DNA of 64,000 bases from IMG/VR virus record IMGVR_UViG_3300028840_001395, positions 62,001-126,000 of that record, one strand, 5' to 3'. How positions within the stretch are numbered: the first letter of the stretch is position 1; the number at the start of each line of letters is the position of its first letter. Made by a program: the position numbers and the translations under genes. Below are positions 10,301-19,024 of the stretch, piece after piece. The notes beneath the pieces were generated by a model. It saw nothing but the letters and a program-made list of their open reading frames with translations. It had not been told where the DNA came from and did no database searches.

Positions 10301-11592
10301 CCGCCCGCGAAGTAGATGATCTCGATCTTCTTCGACCCCTGCATCACGAAGGCGGGGGTGTACTTGTAGAGGCCGATGCCCCGAGGCTTCATGCCGTCCG
10401 GGAACTGCACCGGCTGTCCCGACTTGAACTGGACGAAGACGGCCATGCCCTCGACGCCGACCACGACGCCGACCTTGCCGTCGTTCTCCTTGTAGATCTC
10501 GTAGGTGTCGGCACTGCTCGGGTGCTTGTCCGCCCGGACGTACACATCGTCACCGACCGCGAAGCGGGGCTTGCCCTTCTCGCGCTTGATGGGCGGCAGG
10601 ATCTCCTTGAGGCCCGCCCGCTTGAGCGCCCGGATGACCTCGTTCTGGCTCATCACGGGCTGGTTGACGGCCCACTCGATGAAGTCCTTGGTCACCTGGT
10701 TGATGGCCTGCTTCTCGGTGCTGGCCATGCGCTCCAGGTCAGCCATCGCCCCCTTGTCGAACTTGTCCTTGTACTTCTCGGTGTTGGCGTTCCATTCGTC
10801 GCACTCGGCCTCGGACATGTTCTCGCACGGGTCGGCAGGCTTGCCTTCCTCGAAGCGACCCATGATCTCGTCACCGTCGATGGCGACGACTTCGGCCTCG
10901 TTCATGTCATCGTCCGGCACCAGGTAGGCGAAGACGAACGACCCGCGACGTTCTTCGAGGCCAGGGATGAGACTGCCTTCGCCCTCGGGAAGATCGGCGT
11001 CCTCGTCAACGTGTCCGGTCTCCCAGGTCGCCAGCTTCTTCAGTTCGTCCATCGCACTCATGGTCTTGGCCTCCCTATCCGGTGCGTTCGGGGCATCCGG
11101 CTGACTCTTGAACTTGTCCTTGTGCTGCTCGTGCATCACCGTCCACCTGTCGGCAGCTTCGGGATTCCCGTGCTCCTTCAGGTAGGTCGGGACATCCACG
11201 GGCTCTCCCTCGGGGAACCGGGCCAGAACCCACGACCCCCGGCGGAAGTTGGTCTTGAAGCCCCGGAGATGATCCTGAATCCACTTCTTCGTGATGACGT
11301 GCTCCGAGTGGGGGTCAACCTTCTCCAACGTCGCTCCGACGTACTCGAAGGTCTTCCCCCGCTGCTTCGACTCACCCCAGTCGAGACCCTGGGGAGCCAG
11401 TCGAAGCTCACCACGGGCGGCACGGAGAAGCTGCTCAACCGCGTGGCTGAGCTTCTTCTTGGCCTTCTCCATGCTCCACTGATCCTTGATGCCCACGAGG
11501 CCCAACGTCACGTCCAGAAAGCTGTCGCGGACGTTGATTGCCCCGAGTCCGGGGTCAATCATCTGACGTTGGAGGGCTTCCTTCTCGCTCAT
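7345..11592 (-). CDS. Modular polyvalent-type protein, 1415 aa, with DUF2958-like domain, GYTNYW...FCKTERKPYD domain and internal repeats
   Basis: PKLYSQE..DPIAWVKFF...GTWLITE...FGLADLGFPELGYVSLSEL; repeated RFEEGKPADPCENM. Confidence 0.8.
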   Translation of the reverse strand: MSEKEALQRQMIDPGLGAINVRDSFLDVTLGLVGIKDQWSMEKAKKKLSHAVEQLLRAARGELRLAPQGLDWGESKQRGKTFEYVGATLEKVDPHSEHVITKKWIQDHLRGFKTNFRRGSWVLARFPEGEPVDVPTYLKEHGNPEAADRWTVMHEQHKDKFKSQPDAPNAPDREAKTMSAMDELKKLATWETGHVDEDADLPEGEGSLIPGLEERRGSFVFAYLVPDDDMNEAEVVAIDGDEIMGRFEEGKPADPCENMSEAECDEWNANTEKYKDKFDKGAMADLERMASTEKQAINQVTKDFIEWAVNQPVMSQNEVIRALKRAGLKEILPPIKREKGKPRFAVGDDVYVRADKHPSSADTYEIYKENDGKVGVVVGVEGMAVFVQFKSGQPVQFPDGMKPRGIGLYKYTPAFVMQGSKKIEIIYFAGGKPTKDQQVAVQQYMGRGRSVAKSANYYTGHAFSARYAKDGTVYFQLFPQQRRQVDPQKGPSEAGYAVRSFNPSKGQVHYLGIFGKRPRGWEQELDDMRAGSMVMASMGALERLAGSVLGPGVPDGTGPHSGTPDCQMAGLEDPDGSELPGDEMLGRFEEGKPADPCENMTDEECEEWRNNTEKYKDKFDKDKSASMGKTAGYTNYWKIKEPFTPDEWNVIKLAAAKAWDQGRRMKKIPPKSPVWDKAFAGYVAENGVVLKGQNGSGRPEITDEFIAFNGDGSARIDVEIESVGGRTFPYSTDLAHEDFFFENKKGGGFCKTERKPYDMAVASVLWWAKKTAPKKIDVSTDDGRPVKIWASDKQAVAEVNRVEDGPFNYILYEDRGRGEIAVSSMGRFIYDRDWDARGDRERVMAQARKLLGLPRNWKDGDRIPSSAKVAFDKQAAEIADVSERAFNWFSEVGKKFDSLPWEKAIDGLGRAISNKGRAEDVLDDFTDLDKAKMNSMLSKGGEKKLKKWLKDTFQKRGSMDEVPARKRMTARKQMLLPKNIRSKIPKLYSQEDNPDPIAWVKFFNAYGRGTWLITEFDGRDTMFGLADLGFPELGYVSLSELESLEKMPGLQQIERDTSFRPMPLSEAAKKNGIRWSPPRTASKREGEKKNWIPKDLEKGRCTPGSPNYDCPEGSPQYNLAQTFKKHPEWGEKGGKHAARDRMTQREAKSQSPVMELLELPHMGYETGGWIRVNDMTRHFQSKEQLQAEIKKLARRGLIKVSPDGRSIKKLALQRTAAREPGGLYGFPKKIQADCESASRKLAKAAITTAKAAYRKDERVARFLATHAERSGSLSAQILVKAMQEIGPKVAAEIKKQARLAELRAERGVEAAEKPEKVEGKTAGNAKYGLYGFKAKTADLGLKSCNAIRREAGRIASDLHGRRAEKHARITEFLRNRSKRGRCLYSRMLVRSYPDAEMKVASVKPASVNEWLAWED

Positions 11593-12566
11593 GGCTTCCT
11601 CGCCTTGCGTCCCAGATACCGAGCAGCGATTCTATCCGCTGCCGTCTTCGGCGGACGGAACAGATCAGCTTCCGAACGCATCCGGGCCTGATACAGATTC
11701 CGGCGGATAGTGGAGAGCTGCTTCTCCGTCAACTTCCGCTTCTTTTGAATGAGATCCCGCATGGCGGACATGAACTTGTTGTTCGGCCTCTGCGCCAGAT
11801 ACGTGTCCAGCACTTGCAGATGATCCTTGCCGAAACTCATCTCGACACGGGGCTTGGGAGTCTTCTTCGGCTTCTTCAGCGGCTCCGGGGGCTTGTCCCG
11901 CAGACCCATCTCATAATCGGCCCAGTCGAGATTATACTGGTCTTGCTCTGTCCAACGCCGACCCCGAGGTCTGCCGTATCCCTCATCATCGATGACAGTC
12001 CGATGTCTCTTGCCTCGCCAGTCCCGGTAGGATCCGGCTGCCGTCTTGGAAGCGACCATCTGCCGACCCTCGGGGCTGATCTCAGGCTCGATGGCCATCG
12101 CCGGACGCCGGACGAGATAGTTCGGCCACTTCTCGAACCACTTCTTGTAGAAGTCACCCTTGGGAACGACCCGGACGGTCTCATCCGGGTCGGGGATGTT
12201 CGGGTCAGCTACATGGACGTTGAGGTCGTCATCCACATCGAACACGACCGAAGCGTGCGACCAGTCCCGGCCCTCGGGGTTCCAGGCGATCATCAACGGG
12301 ATGCCCCGGTCGGTGAACTCCTTGAGTTGCCGGACGGTGGCGGGGCAGATGAGATGAACACGCGCGCCGTAGTGCTGCGCGCACGCGATAGCGTCCTCCC
12401 AGGAAGCACCCTGCATGGGCTTCGCGCCCATCACCCGGTTGACCTCATCCTCGTTGGTGTCGATGTCCAGCGCCCGGAGGCACATCATCATGGACGTGGA
12501 CATGCACGAGTACTGCGTCCGTTGGCGGACCGGGTTGACGTTCGCGGCAGCCTGCTTCTTCATCAT
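11589..12566 (-). CDS. C39-like cysteine peptidase domain protein
   Basis: QRTQYSC...HASVV...VHVADPN (Q, C, H, D pattern). Confidence 0.75.
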   Translation of the reverse strand: MMKKQAAANVNPVRQRTQYSCMSTSMMMCLRALDIDTNEDEVNRVMGAKPMQGASWEDAIACAQHYGARVHLICPATVRQLKEFTDRGIPLMIAWNPEGRDWSHASVVFDVDDDLNVHVADPNIPDPDETVRVVPKGDFYKKWFEKWPNYLVRRPAMAIEPEISPEGRQMVASKTAAGSYRDWRGKRHRTVIDDEGYGRPRGRRWTEQDQYNLDWADYEMGLRDKPPEPLKKPKKTPKPRVEMSFGKDHLQVLDTYLAQRPNNKFMSAMRDLIQKKRKLTEKQLSTIRRNLYQARMRSEADLFRPPKTAADRIAARYLGRKARKP

Positions 12567-14141
12567 CTACCCGTTGATATAGTCGTGCCAGGGGCCGTAT
12601 TCGTCGTCGTAGCCAAACCTATCCTCGGGATCAGGGAAGTCTCTGGCGGATTCCGCATCGACCTCGAAGTCACTGGGCTTGAGTTCGATCTTGGCCAGCA
12701 CATCGAACCAGATCTGACGACCCTGGGGCTTCGCCACCACCTTGGGCGTACCGACCACCTTCGCGTTGAGATGATTCGGGAACACGTACTCATAGAAAGC
12801 CCCGATCCCCCCATCCATCCAGAATCGCCAGCTCTGCCGGAGGCTGTCCTCGAAGATGTGGGAGCCGCTGAGGATGTTCTTCATCCCGTCAACCAGCAGC
12901 TTGAAGAACATCTTGGCCGACCGGCCCTCGAAGAGACCGAGAAGCTCTGCCCGAAACCCCTTCTCGTCCGCCACAAACCGCTTCAGGGCGAGTCGAAGCT
13001 CGGTGACGAATACCCGGATGTTGACCGGGATCTGGTAGGATGCCTGGATAGCAGTGGGGTATTCGTAGCGTTCGTAGCCCAGTTCTTCCAGCGTGACAGA
13101 GGACTCCTGAAGTGCCTTGAATCTGCCTACATCGACTTCGTAATCGCCGTTGCCGTAGTCCATCGGCTCCGAGAGGTCTTCCCAGATGCAGGTCTCCAGG
13201 GCCTCTATCATTGCTGGCCCGAAAGCCTTGAGAAGCTGTGAGTAGTTGGTCGTGTAGGGCCGCAGAGGTTCGAGCATCGGGCCGAGAACCCGGCGGATGT
13301 CGGCGGCCTCCTTGATGGTCCGCCCCCACTGGGTAGCGAGCTTGACTGGGGTCTTCTCCGCGAAACGCCGGACATCGTGGTAGAGGTTCTCCAACCACGC
13401 ACCCGAAGTCAGCGGGTTGTCAGAACCCCCGCCCCAAGTGGGTTTCCCGCCCATCATCTTGAGCTTGGCCTCGTAGTTCCGCTGCATCTTCTTGAAGAGG
13501 GGGATGACCGTCCTCTCGGTGTCAAGGAACGCTTCGACCTGGCCCGCAGCCATCATCTCCAGGGCTGACACGATGACCAGGGCGTCCCGGTGCAGGGACT
13601 TGAGAGCCCGGTTCTGGGTGATGTGCTCCTGGAAGGCGTGAATGAGCTTGGTCGCCCAGCGGGTGTAGTGCTTGATGTTCAGCGAGGCATAGTCACTGCG
13701 GCTCGGGAAGGCGTAGGAGAAGGACTCCGTGTACGTGCCCTTCTGCGCCCGCTCCCACCCACGCTTGGGATCCTTCATCACGGCGTCGTATTCACGCTTG
13801 CCGAGACCGATGATGTGGTTGATGAGGTCGGAGAACCCGTCATCTCCGACCCCGAAGGACATGTCCTCTGCGTCCCCCCAACGGTCGAGCCGGTCGTAGA
13901 GGTCATCGAACAGTTGGCTCCGGATGTTGCCCAGCGCCGCAGCTTCCTGCGGGCTGTACTTGAGCATGATGGCCTTCTCGATGGCGTCGGTGTCGGTGGT
14001 CTTGGTACCCCAACCGATCTTGTCCACGAGCTTCCAGAAGTCCGACAGAGAGACCCTTGCTGCTGATATCCAGTGAGAAGCAACGCGGACAGCCGATGTC
14101 TTGCCTTGACTCATCGCAGTGACAGCCTGCTTCCGATTCAT
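12567..14141 (-). CDS. Modular protein with DUF4240-like domain
   Basis: FWKLVDK...DDGFSDLINHIIGLGKREYDAVMKDP; start set at MNRKQA after SD GAGGTG. Confidence 0.7.
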   Translation of the reverse strand: MNRKQAVTAMSQGKTSAVRVASHWISAARVSLSDFWKLVDKIGWGTKTTDTDAIEKAIMLKYSPQEAAALGNIRSQLFDDLYDRLDRWGDAEDMSFGVGDDGFSDLINHIIGLGKREYDAVMKDPKRGWERAQKGTYTESFSYAFPSRSDYASLNIKHYTRWATKLIHAFQEHITQNRALKSLHRDALVIVSALEMMAAGQVEAFLDTERTVIPLFKKMQRNYEAKLKMMGGKPTWGGGSDNPLTSGAWLENLYHDVRRFAEKTPVKLATQWGRTIKEAADIRRVLGPMLEPLRPYTTNYSQLLKAFGPAMIEALETCIWEDLSEPMDYGNGDYEVDVGRFKALQESSVTLEELGYERYEYPTAIQASYQIPVNIRVFVTELRLALKRFVADEKGFRAELLGLFEGRSAKMFFKLLVDGMKNILSGSHIFEDSLRQSWRFWMDGGIGAFYEYVFPNHLNAKVVGTPKVVAKPQGRQIWFDVLAKIELKPSDFEVDAESARDFPDPEDRFGYDDEYGPWHDYING

Positions 14142-14146
14142 CCGGT

Positions 14147-14635
14147 TCACCTCAAGAAGTACTGGCACATCTCTTGGACATGCTTCCGTGCTTCTGCGAG
14201 AACCTCCTGGGGGTTCTCCCAGATCATCCGATCCTTCGTCTTCATCCGTGTACGGGTTCCGATTCCCCCCTGGAACGTCCCGAACCACGGTTCGGACTTC
14301 CTGAGAACTCTAGGCGCACCACGCACAAGAACATCGCGCCTGACCTCATGCAGACTGACGACATTCTCCGTGGTTTCGCCAGTCTTGGGATCAGTTACGA
14401 GTGCTGGGGTTTTCAAGGTCACAGATCCACCGGCTACCCGAGAATCCGCCCAGCGAGAAGCAACACGGACAGCCGATGTCTTGCCTCGGTTCATCCAGGC
14501 ATCGTTGACGATCTTGAAGAAGCCCCGGCGCTTCAACTCCTGCACGGTGTCGTCCAGGCCCGCCTTCTCCAAGGCTCCCTTGAGTGCTGCCAGCACCTCG
14601 GGGGCGTTGAACTTGTTGAGCGCCTCACGTCTCAT
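14147..14635 (-). CDS. Hypothetical protein (KTSAVRVASRW motif)
   Basis: ATGA overlap with the upstream gene. Confidence 0.7.
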   Translation of the reverse strand: MRREALNKFNAPEVLAALKGALEKAGLDDTVQELKRRGFFKIVNDAWMNRGKTSAVRVASRWADSRVAGGSVTLKTPALVTDPKTGETTENVVSLHEVRRDVLVRGAPRVLRKSEPWFGTFQGGIGTRTRMKTKDRMIWENPQEVLAEARKHVQEMCQYFLR

Positions 14636-16239
14636 CGGATCACCCTCATCCGCTTGAGAGCCCGCATGTCGTGCTTCTGCCACGCCTTGTCGATGGCCTG
14701 GGACTCCTTGCGGTGATCCCACGCAATCTGGCGGAGCGACTCGATGGCCTCCTTGATAGTCCGACCGATCTCACCCATGTAGCGGTCGTCGGAGTCCTCG
14801 GAGGCCATCACCTTCTGGATGTACTGTATCTCACGTCGGGAGAGAACCTGATGGCTGGCCAGCGTCCGCAGATCCCACTTCTTCCAGGCTTTCTCGATCT
14901 CGTCGGCCATCTCGTCGTTCTCGACAGCCTCGCTGTTGTGGAACTGGATGGCCTGCTGAATCTTCTCCGCCTCGTAGGACGGAATGGGCTCGACCCGAAG
15001 GGCCATTCTGCCAGAGGCCAGCCTGACCACGGCGACCTGGGTGTTCCGCTTGAACCGGATGTTGACCGCCGAGAACCCGGCCCGCATGGCGTCCGCCTTG
15101 TTGATGGGCTTGCCGTCCCACCGGGAGGTGATGTCCTGAAGGATGAAGTCCTTGCCCGCCTCCCAGTCCGCGATGGCCTTGGCCTTGGAGGTGTAGTCCC
15201 GTCCGTAGGCCGGAGTCACGACGATGTGCTTGGCCTGAAGGTAACGGGCAGCAACCCGCGTGGCATGGCCGTGGACTCTCTTCCCGCCCTTGGCATTCTG
15301 ACCCTTGGTGGTGATCTTCATGGCTCCATTCCGCATGATCTTGATGAGACCCATCTTGGCCAGTTCGATGAGGAGGGGGTTCTTCGGGCTGTACTCGCCC
15401 AGGCGGTGGCTCCTGAAGTACTCCTTACGGTAGCCGCTCTTGATTCCACTGATGATGGCCAGGGCCGTCTTCTGATCCTCGGTGATGTCGTCCTCATCTC
15501 CGGCCCCCAGGAGCTTCGTCAGGTTGTCCGGATGAGCCTTGATGGTCGCGTAGGTGGGCTGACCCCCTCCCACGACACCACTGATGACCACGTTGTTCGG
15601 TGGAATGGGTCGGGGCTTCGTGTCCAGGTCAACGGGGTTGTCGGGGTTGAACATGTTGGCCCCACCCCAAGACCCCCACTCGACCTGGTATCGGCCCGTC
15701 CCCAGGTTCACAGCGATGGTGAATCCTTGCCGACCTGCCCCCGAGAGGGAGGACATCTGGTAGGTGCGGGACTCTACGACCATGATGTTCTTGCGACCGT
15801 ATTTGACCTCCCGGAGTGCCTTCTGGATGGGGGCCGGAAGCTCGCGTACATCCACGTAGACTTCCTTGCGGGCCTTCTTCAGATGACGGACAGCGACCCG
15901 AGCAGCAGCCTTCCGCTTCTCGTGACGCCAGGCGGTGCCCTCCACCTTGTCGCAGAGAGAGGCGCAGAAAGCTCCGGGATCGACCCCCTTGCCTTCCATC
16001 TCCTTGATGCACTTGGTCACCTTGTGCTTCACGTCCCCGGTCATCGAGTCCCAGAACTTCTTGACCGACTCGTCTGTCCAGCCCTTCGGGAGCTTCCCCT
16101 CCCACTTGGCCGCTTCCTTGTAGCTCTGGGTCAGGAAATTCCGCACTTCGGGCTCCTGCCGGGCCAGCTTCAGGAAGGCCATGTCGGTCGCAGAGCGAAG
16201 GTTGAAGAACCCAACTGGGGGGAGAATCCATCTAGCCAT
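14632..16239 (-). CDS. Modular hypothetical protein (two RVAAR-type motifs)
   Basis: Long ORF, phage-like codon use. Confidence 0.75.
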   Translation of the reverse strand: MARWILPPVGFFNLRSATDMAFLKLARQEPEVRNFLTQSYKEAAKWEGKLPKGWTDESVKKFWDSMTGDVKHKVTKCIKEMEGKGVDPGAFCASLCDKVEGTAWRHEKRKAAARVAVRHLKKARKEVYVDVRELPAPIQKALREVKYGRKNIMVVESRTYQMSSLSGAGRQGFTIAVNLGTGRYQVEWGSWGGANMFNPDNPVDLDTKPRPIPPNNVVISGVVGGGQPTYATIKAHPDNLTKLLGAGDEDDITEDQKTALAIISGIKSGYRKEYFRSHRLGEYSPKNPLLIELAKMGLIKIMRNGAMKITTKGQNAKGGKRVHGHATRVAARYLQAKHIVVTPAYGRDYTSKAKAIADWEAGKDFILQDITSRWDGKPINKADAMRAGFSAVNIRFKRNTQVAVVRLASGRMALRVEPIPSYEAEKIQQAIQFHNSEAVENDEMADEIEKAWKKWDLRTLASHQVLSRREIQYIQKVMASEDSDDRYMGEIGRTIKEAIESLRQIAWDHRKESQAIDKAWQKHDMRALKRMRVIR

Positions 16240-16374
16240 TGGATTTTCCTTGTCTTTTCTCCCTGACACGCGCCCTCCCGTGCGGGTGGCGTTCATTGAA
16301 TCTTCTATGAGGGGTCTATAATAGGGAAATCACCGGGTAGAGTGGAGCCATGAGCTGCATCACCCAGAAGCGGA

Positions 16375-16653
16375 GTGACGACAATGACCTATGAGAAGCT
16401 GGTGACTCAACTGTCGGAGATGACGGGTCAGCCCGAGGAGGCTGTCCGGAATATCCTCTTTGCGCTGCCTGATGCCCTCATCAAGATGGATGAGAAGGAC
16501 GTGGTTCGGACTCCGATGGGGGTGTTCCGTATGACCAAGCGGGCCTCGCGGAAGATCAAGCCGCCCAAGGGCGATCAGGTGGTCACGGTGCCGGAGGAGA
16601 TGGTCGTGAAGTTGCGGGCCGGAAAGCGGCTGCGGAAGCCGGTGGAGGGCTAG
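16375..16653 (+). CDS. HU/IHF-family DNA-binding protein
   Basis: MGVFRMTKRASRKIKPP...VVKLRAGKRLRK. Confidence 0.8.
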   Translation: MTTMTYEKLVTQLSEMTGQPEEAVRNILFALPDALIKMDEKDVVRTPMGVFRMTKRASRKIKPPKGDQVVTVPEEMVVKLRAGKRLRKPVEG

Positions 16654-16901
16654 TTCAAGCTGTCGTTGGGGTCAGACACTCCGGCGACGATATCGACTCC
16701 AACATCCATCCCCAGATCGACTCCATCTGCGAGCCCCTCGCCGTAGCCCGTCTGAAGACCCAGACGATAGCCCAACGCCAATGCCTCCTCCGGAGAATCC
16801 GGGGTCTCGACATCCTCGGGAGGCCGAAGATGAAGAAGGCTGAGGAACCGCCCCCACAGGGTCGGTTTCTTGGCAGCGAGCACGCGATCACCAGAGATCA
16901 T
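16650..16901 (-). CDS. Hypothetical protein
   Basis: SD GGAGG before MISGDR. Confidence 0.5.
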   Translation of the reverse strand: MISGDRVLAAKKPTLWGRFLSLLHLRPPEDVETPDSPEEALALGYRLGLQTGYGEGLADGVDLGMDVGVDIVAGVSDPNDSLN

Positions 16902-16977
16902 ACTACGGGCCTCCTCCACCCCCATGATACACCATCTTGCGGTCGGGTAAACCCCCCACCGCAAGGGCTGGGCAGAG

Positions 16978-17376
16978 TCAGACCTGCTGGGCGAGCATCT
17001 GGAGGATCTCCTTGGCAATGGAATCCCCCATTTTTAGGGCGGAGTTGGACAGAACCGTCTGGATGGCCAGACTCAGGTCAGACTCCATCTTGGCCTTCCC
17101 CTTGTCGTCTGACTCCTTGTATTTCTTGAGGAAACCCTTGTCCTTGGACATCTCGACCAGGGTGCCTGTGTAGGCTTCCCGGCGGAGGGCCTCGGTCAGG
17201 AAGGCGTAGGCCAACTGGCGGGCTCCCCCTCCGGGCCAGTGAAAAGTCTTCTGTTCGTCCGCCGGACTTCGGAACTGATGCACCGACCAGACCTGGCCAT
17301 TCTCATCTTGATGGACACGGATTTCGAGTGCCGCCGTGTTCGGGCCGTCCTTCCAAAGTTCTTCAGGGGCTTCCAT
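16978..17376 (-). CDS. Hypothetical protein
   Basis: Follows groEL. Confidence 0.7.
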   Translation of the reverse strand: MEAPEELWKDGPNTAALEIRVHQDENGQVWSVHQFRSPADEQKTFHWPGGGARQLAYAFLTEALRREAYTGTLVEMSKDKGFLKKYKESDDKGKAKMESDLSLAIQTVLSNSALKMGDSIAKEILQMLAQQV

Positions 17377-18973
17377 CAGACCTCCGAGCGACAGAAGCCT
17401 CGACCGTCAGGAGGGTCGAGGCCACCGACACCGCCGTCTCGATGACCGTCACCACCACATCCGCAGGGTCAATCACGGGCGGCTCATCACTCATGTTGCG
17501 GAACTTCAGGGCCTTGGCATCCCAGCCCTCCCAGCTTTCAAGCTCGCCATCTTCCAGAACCTTGCGGACGATGTAGGCCCCGTTCTCCCCGGCGTTCTCC
17601 GCCAGATACTCCAGGGGCTTCGTGAGAGCCTCGACCACGATGTTGGAACCCGCCTCCATCTCGTCCACGCAGTAGGCCATCTTCTCCCTGTCGGCCAAGA
17701 CCGCCAACCCAGCACGGAGGTAGGCGATACCCCCGCCGGGCACCACACCACCGTTCAGAGCCGCCTGGACGGAGCCCAACGCATCCTCGACCCGAGCCCG
17801 GCGCTCCTTGAGAGCAGCCTCGGTAGTCCCACCGACACGGAGAATGGCGATGCCTCCCGCCAGCTTGGAGATGCGCTCCTTGAGCCTGTCGGCATCGTAG
17901 TCCGAAGCACAGGACGCCTGCTCCGCCTTGAGCCACTCCATGCGCTCCTTGATACCCTCCTGAGCCTCGGGATACGCCTCGAAGAGGGTCGTCCGGGCCT
18001 TGATCGTCGCCTTCCGCACCGACCCGAACCACTCCTGCTGCCACTTGGTATGGTCGAGCCCGATCTCCTTGGACACGTAGGTTGCCCCCGAGAGGGCAGC
18101 GATGTCCTTGAGTTGCTCTGACTTGTGAGGCCCGAAGCCCGGAGCCTTGATGGCGCAGCACTGGACTACGCCCTGGTTGTGGTTGATCGCCATGACGGAA
18201 AGGGCCGGGCCTTCGACCTCCTGGGCTATCACGAGAAGCTCGTTCTTCTCGAAGCCCCCGGCGATCTCCATCATCTCCTTGATGTCGTCCAGGCTCACGA
18301 GCTTGGCGTCGATCACCGCGACCAGCGCCCCCTCGATGACCCGCTCCAGCTTCTCACCCGAGGCGAACACCGGACTGACGTAGCCTTGGTCGATCTCCAT
18401 CCCCTCCTTGAACTCCAGGATGGTCTCGACACCGTGGCTGTCCTCGATGGACAGCGTGCCGTCCTTCCCCACTGCCATGCAGCCCTCGGCCATGTTCTCG
18501 GCAATCTCTTCGTCGCCGTTGCTGGCGATGAGGGCGACCTGGTGGAGATCCTCCTTGGTCTCGACCGGGACGGAGAAGTCCCTGATGAAGCTGGTGGCGA
18601 TATCACGGACATCCCGCATCCCCTTGACCAGGTTCACGGGCGACATCCCTGCCGTGATGCGCTTGTGCCCCTCTCGGAGAAGCTCCGCCGTGAGGATGGC
18701 GGCGGAGGTCGTCCCGTCACCCACCTCATCATTGACCCGGACACAGGCTCCCTTCAAGAGCTGACAGCCCTGGTTCTCCAGGGGGTCTTCCAGGTCAAGC
18801 TCTCGGGCGACGGTCACGCCATCCTTGGTCGCCAGGAGGCCCATCGCCCTGTCCAGGATCGCGGTTCGTCCCGCAGGGCCATAGGTTCCAGAAACGGTCT
18901 TGGCGAGCTTCAGAGCACCGTCGAGGATCTTCTCTCGGGCGGCCAGGCCAATTTCGATCTCACGTCCGTCCAT
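17363..18973 (-). CDS. groEL: GroEL-like chaperonin
   Basis: TYGPAGR, TKDGVTVA, GDGTTS, GVVPGGG. Confidence 0.95.
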   Translation of the reverse strand: MDGREIEIGLAAREKILDGALKLAKTVSGTYGPAGRTAILDRAMGLLATKDGVTVARELDLEDPLENQGCQLLKGACVRVNDEVGDGTTSAAILTAELLREGHKRITAGMSPVNLVKGMRDVRDIATSFIRDFSVPVETKEDLHQVALIASNGDEEIAENMAEGCMAVGKDGTLSIEDSHGVETILEFKEGMEIDQGYVSPVFASGEKLERVIEGALVAVIDAKLVSLDDIKEMMEIAGGFEKNELLVIAQEVEGPALSVMAINHNQGVVQCCAIKAPGFGPHKSEQLKDIAALSGATYVSKEIGLDHTKWQQEWFGSVRKATIKARTTLFEAYPEAQEGIKERMEWLKAEQASCASDYDADRLKERISKLAGGIAILRVGGTTEAALKERRARVEDALGSVQAALNGGVVPGGGIAYLRAGLAVLADREKMAYCVDEMEAGSNIVVEALTKPLEYLAENAGENGAYIVRKVLEDGELESWEGWDAKALKFRNMSDEPPVIDPADVVVTVIETAVSVASTLLTVEASVARRSDGSP

Positions 18974-19024
18974 CGGTCACTCCCATGCGCGAGGTGTACT
19001 CGGCTATCATACCCGCACGGGAGT

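Noticed and set aside
14087-14487. 20-nt direct repeat GGACAGCCGATGTCTTGCCT as an att site
   Set aside because: It encodes the shared GKTSAVR peptide tag in two adjacent genes; no recombinase nearby
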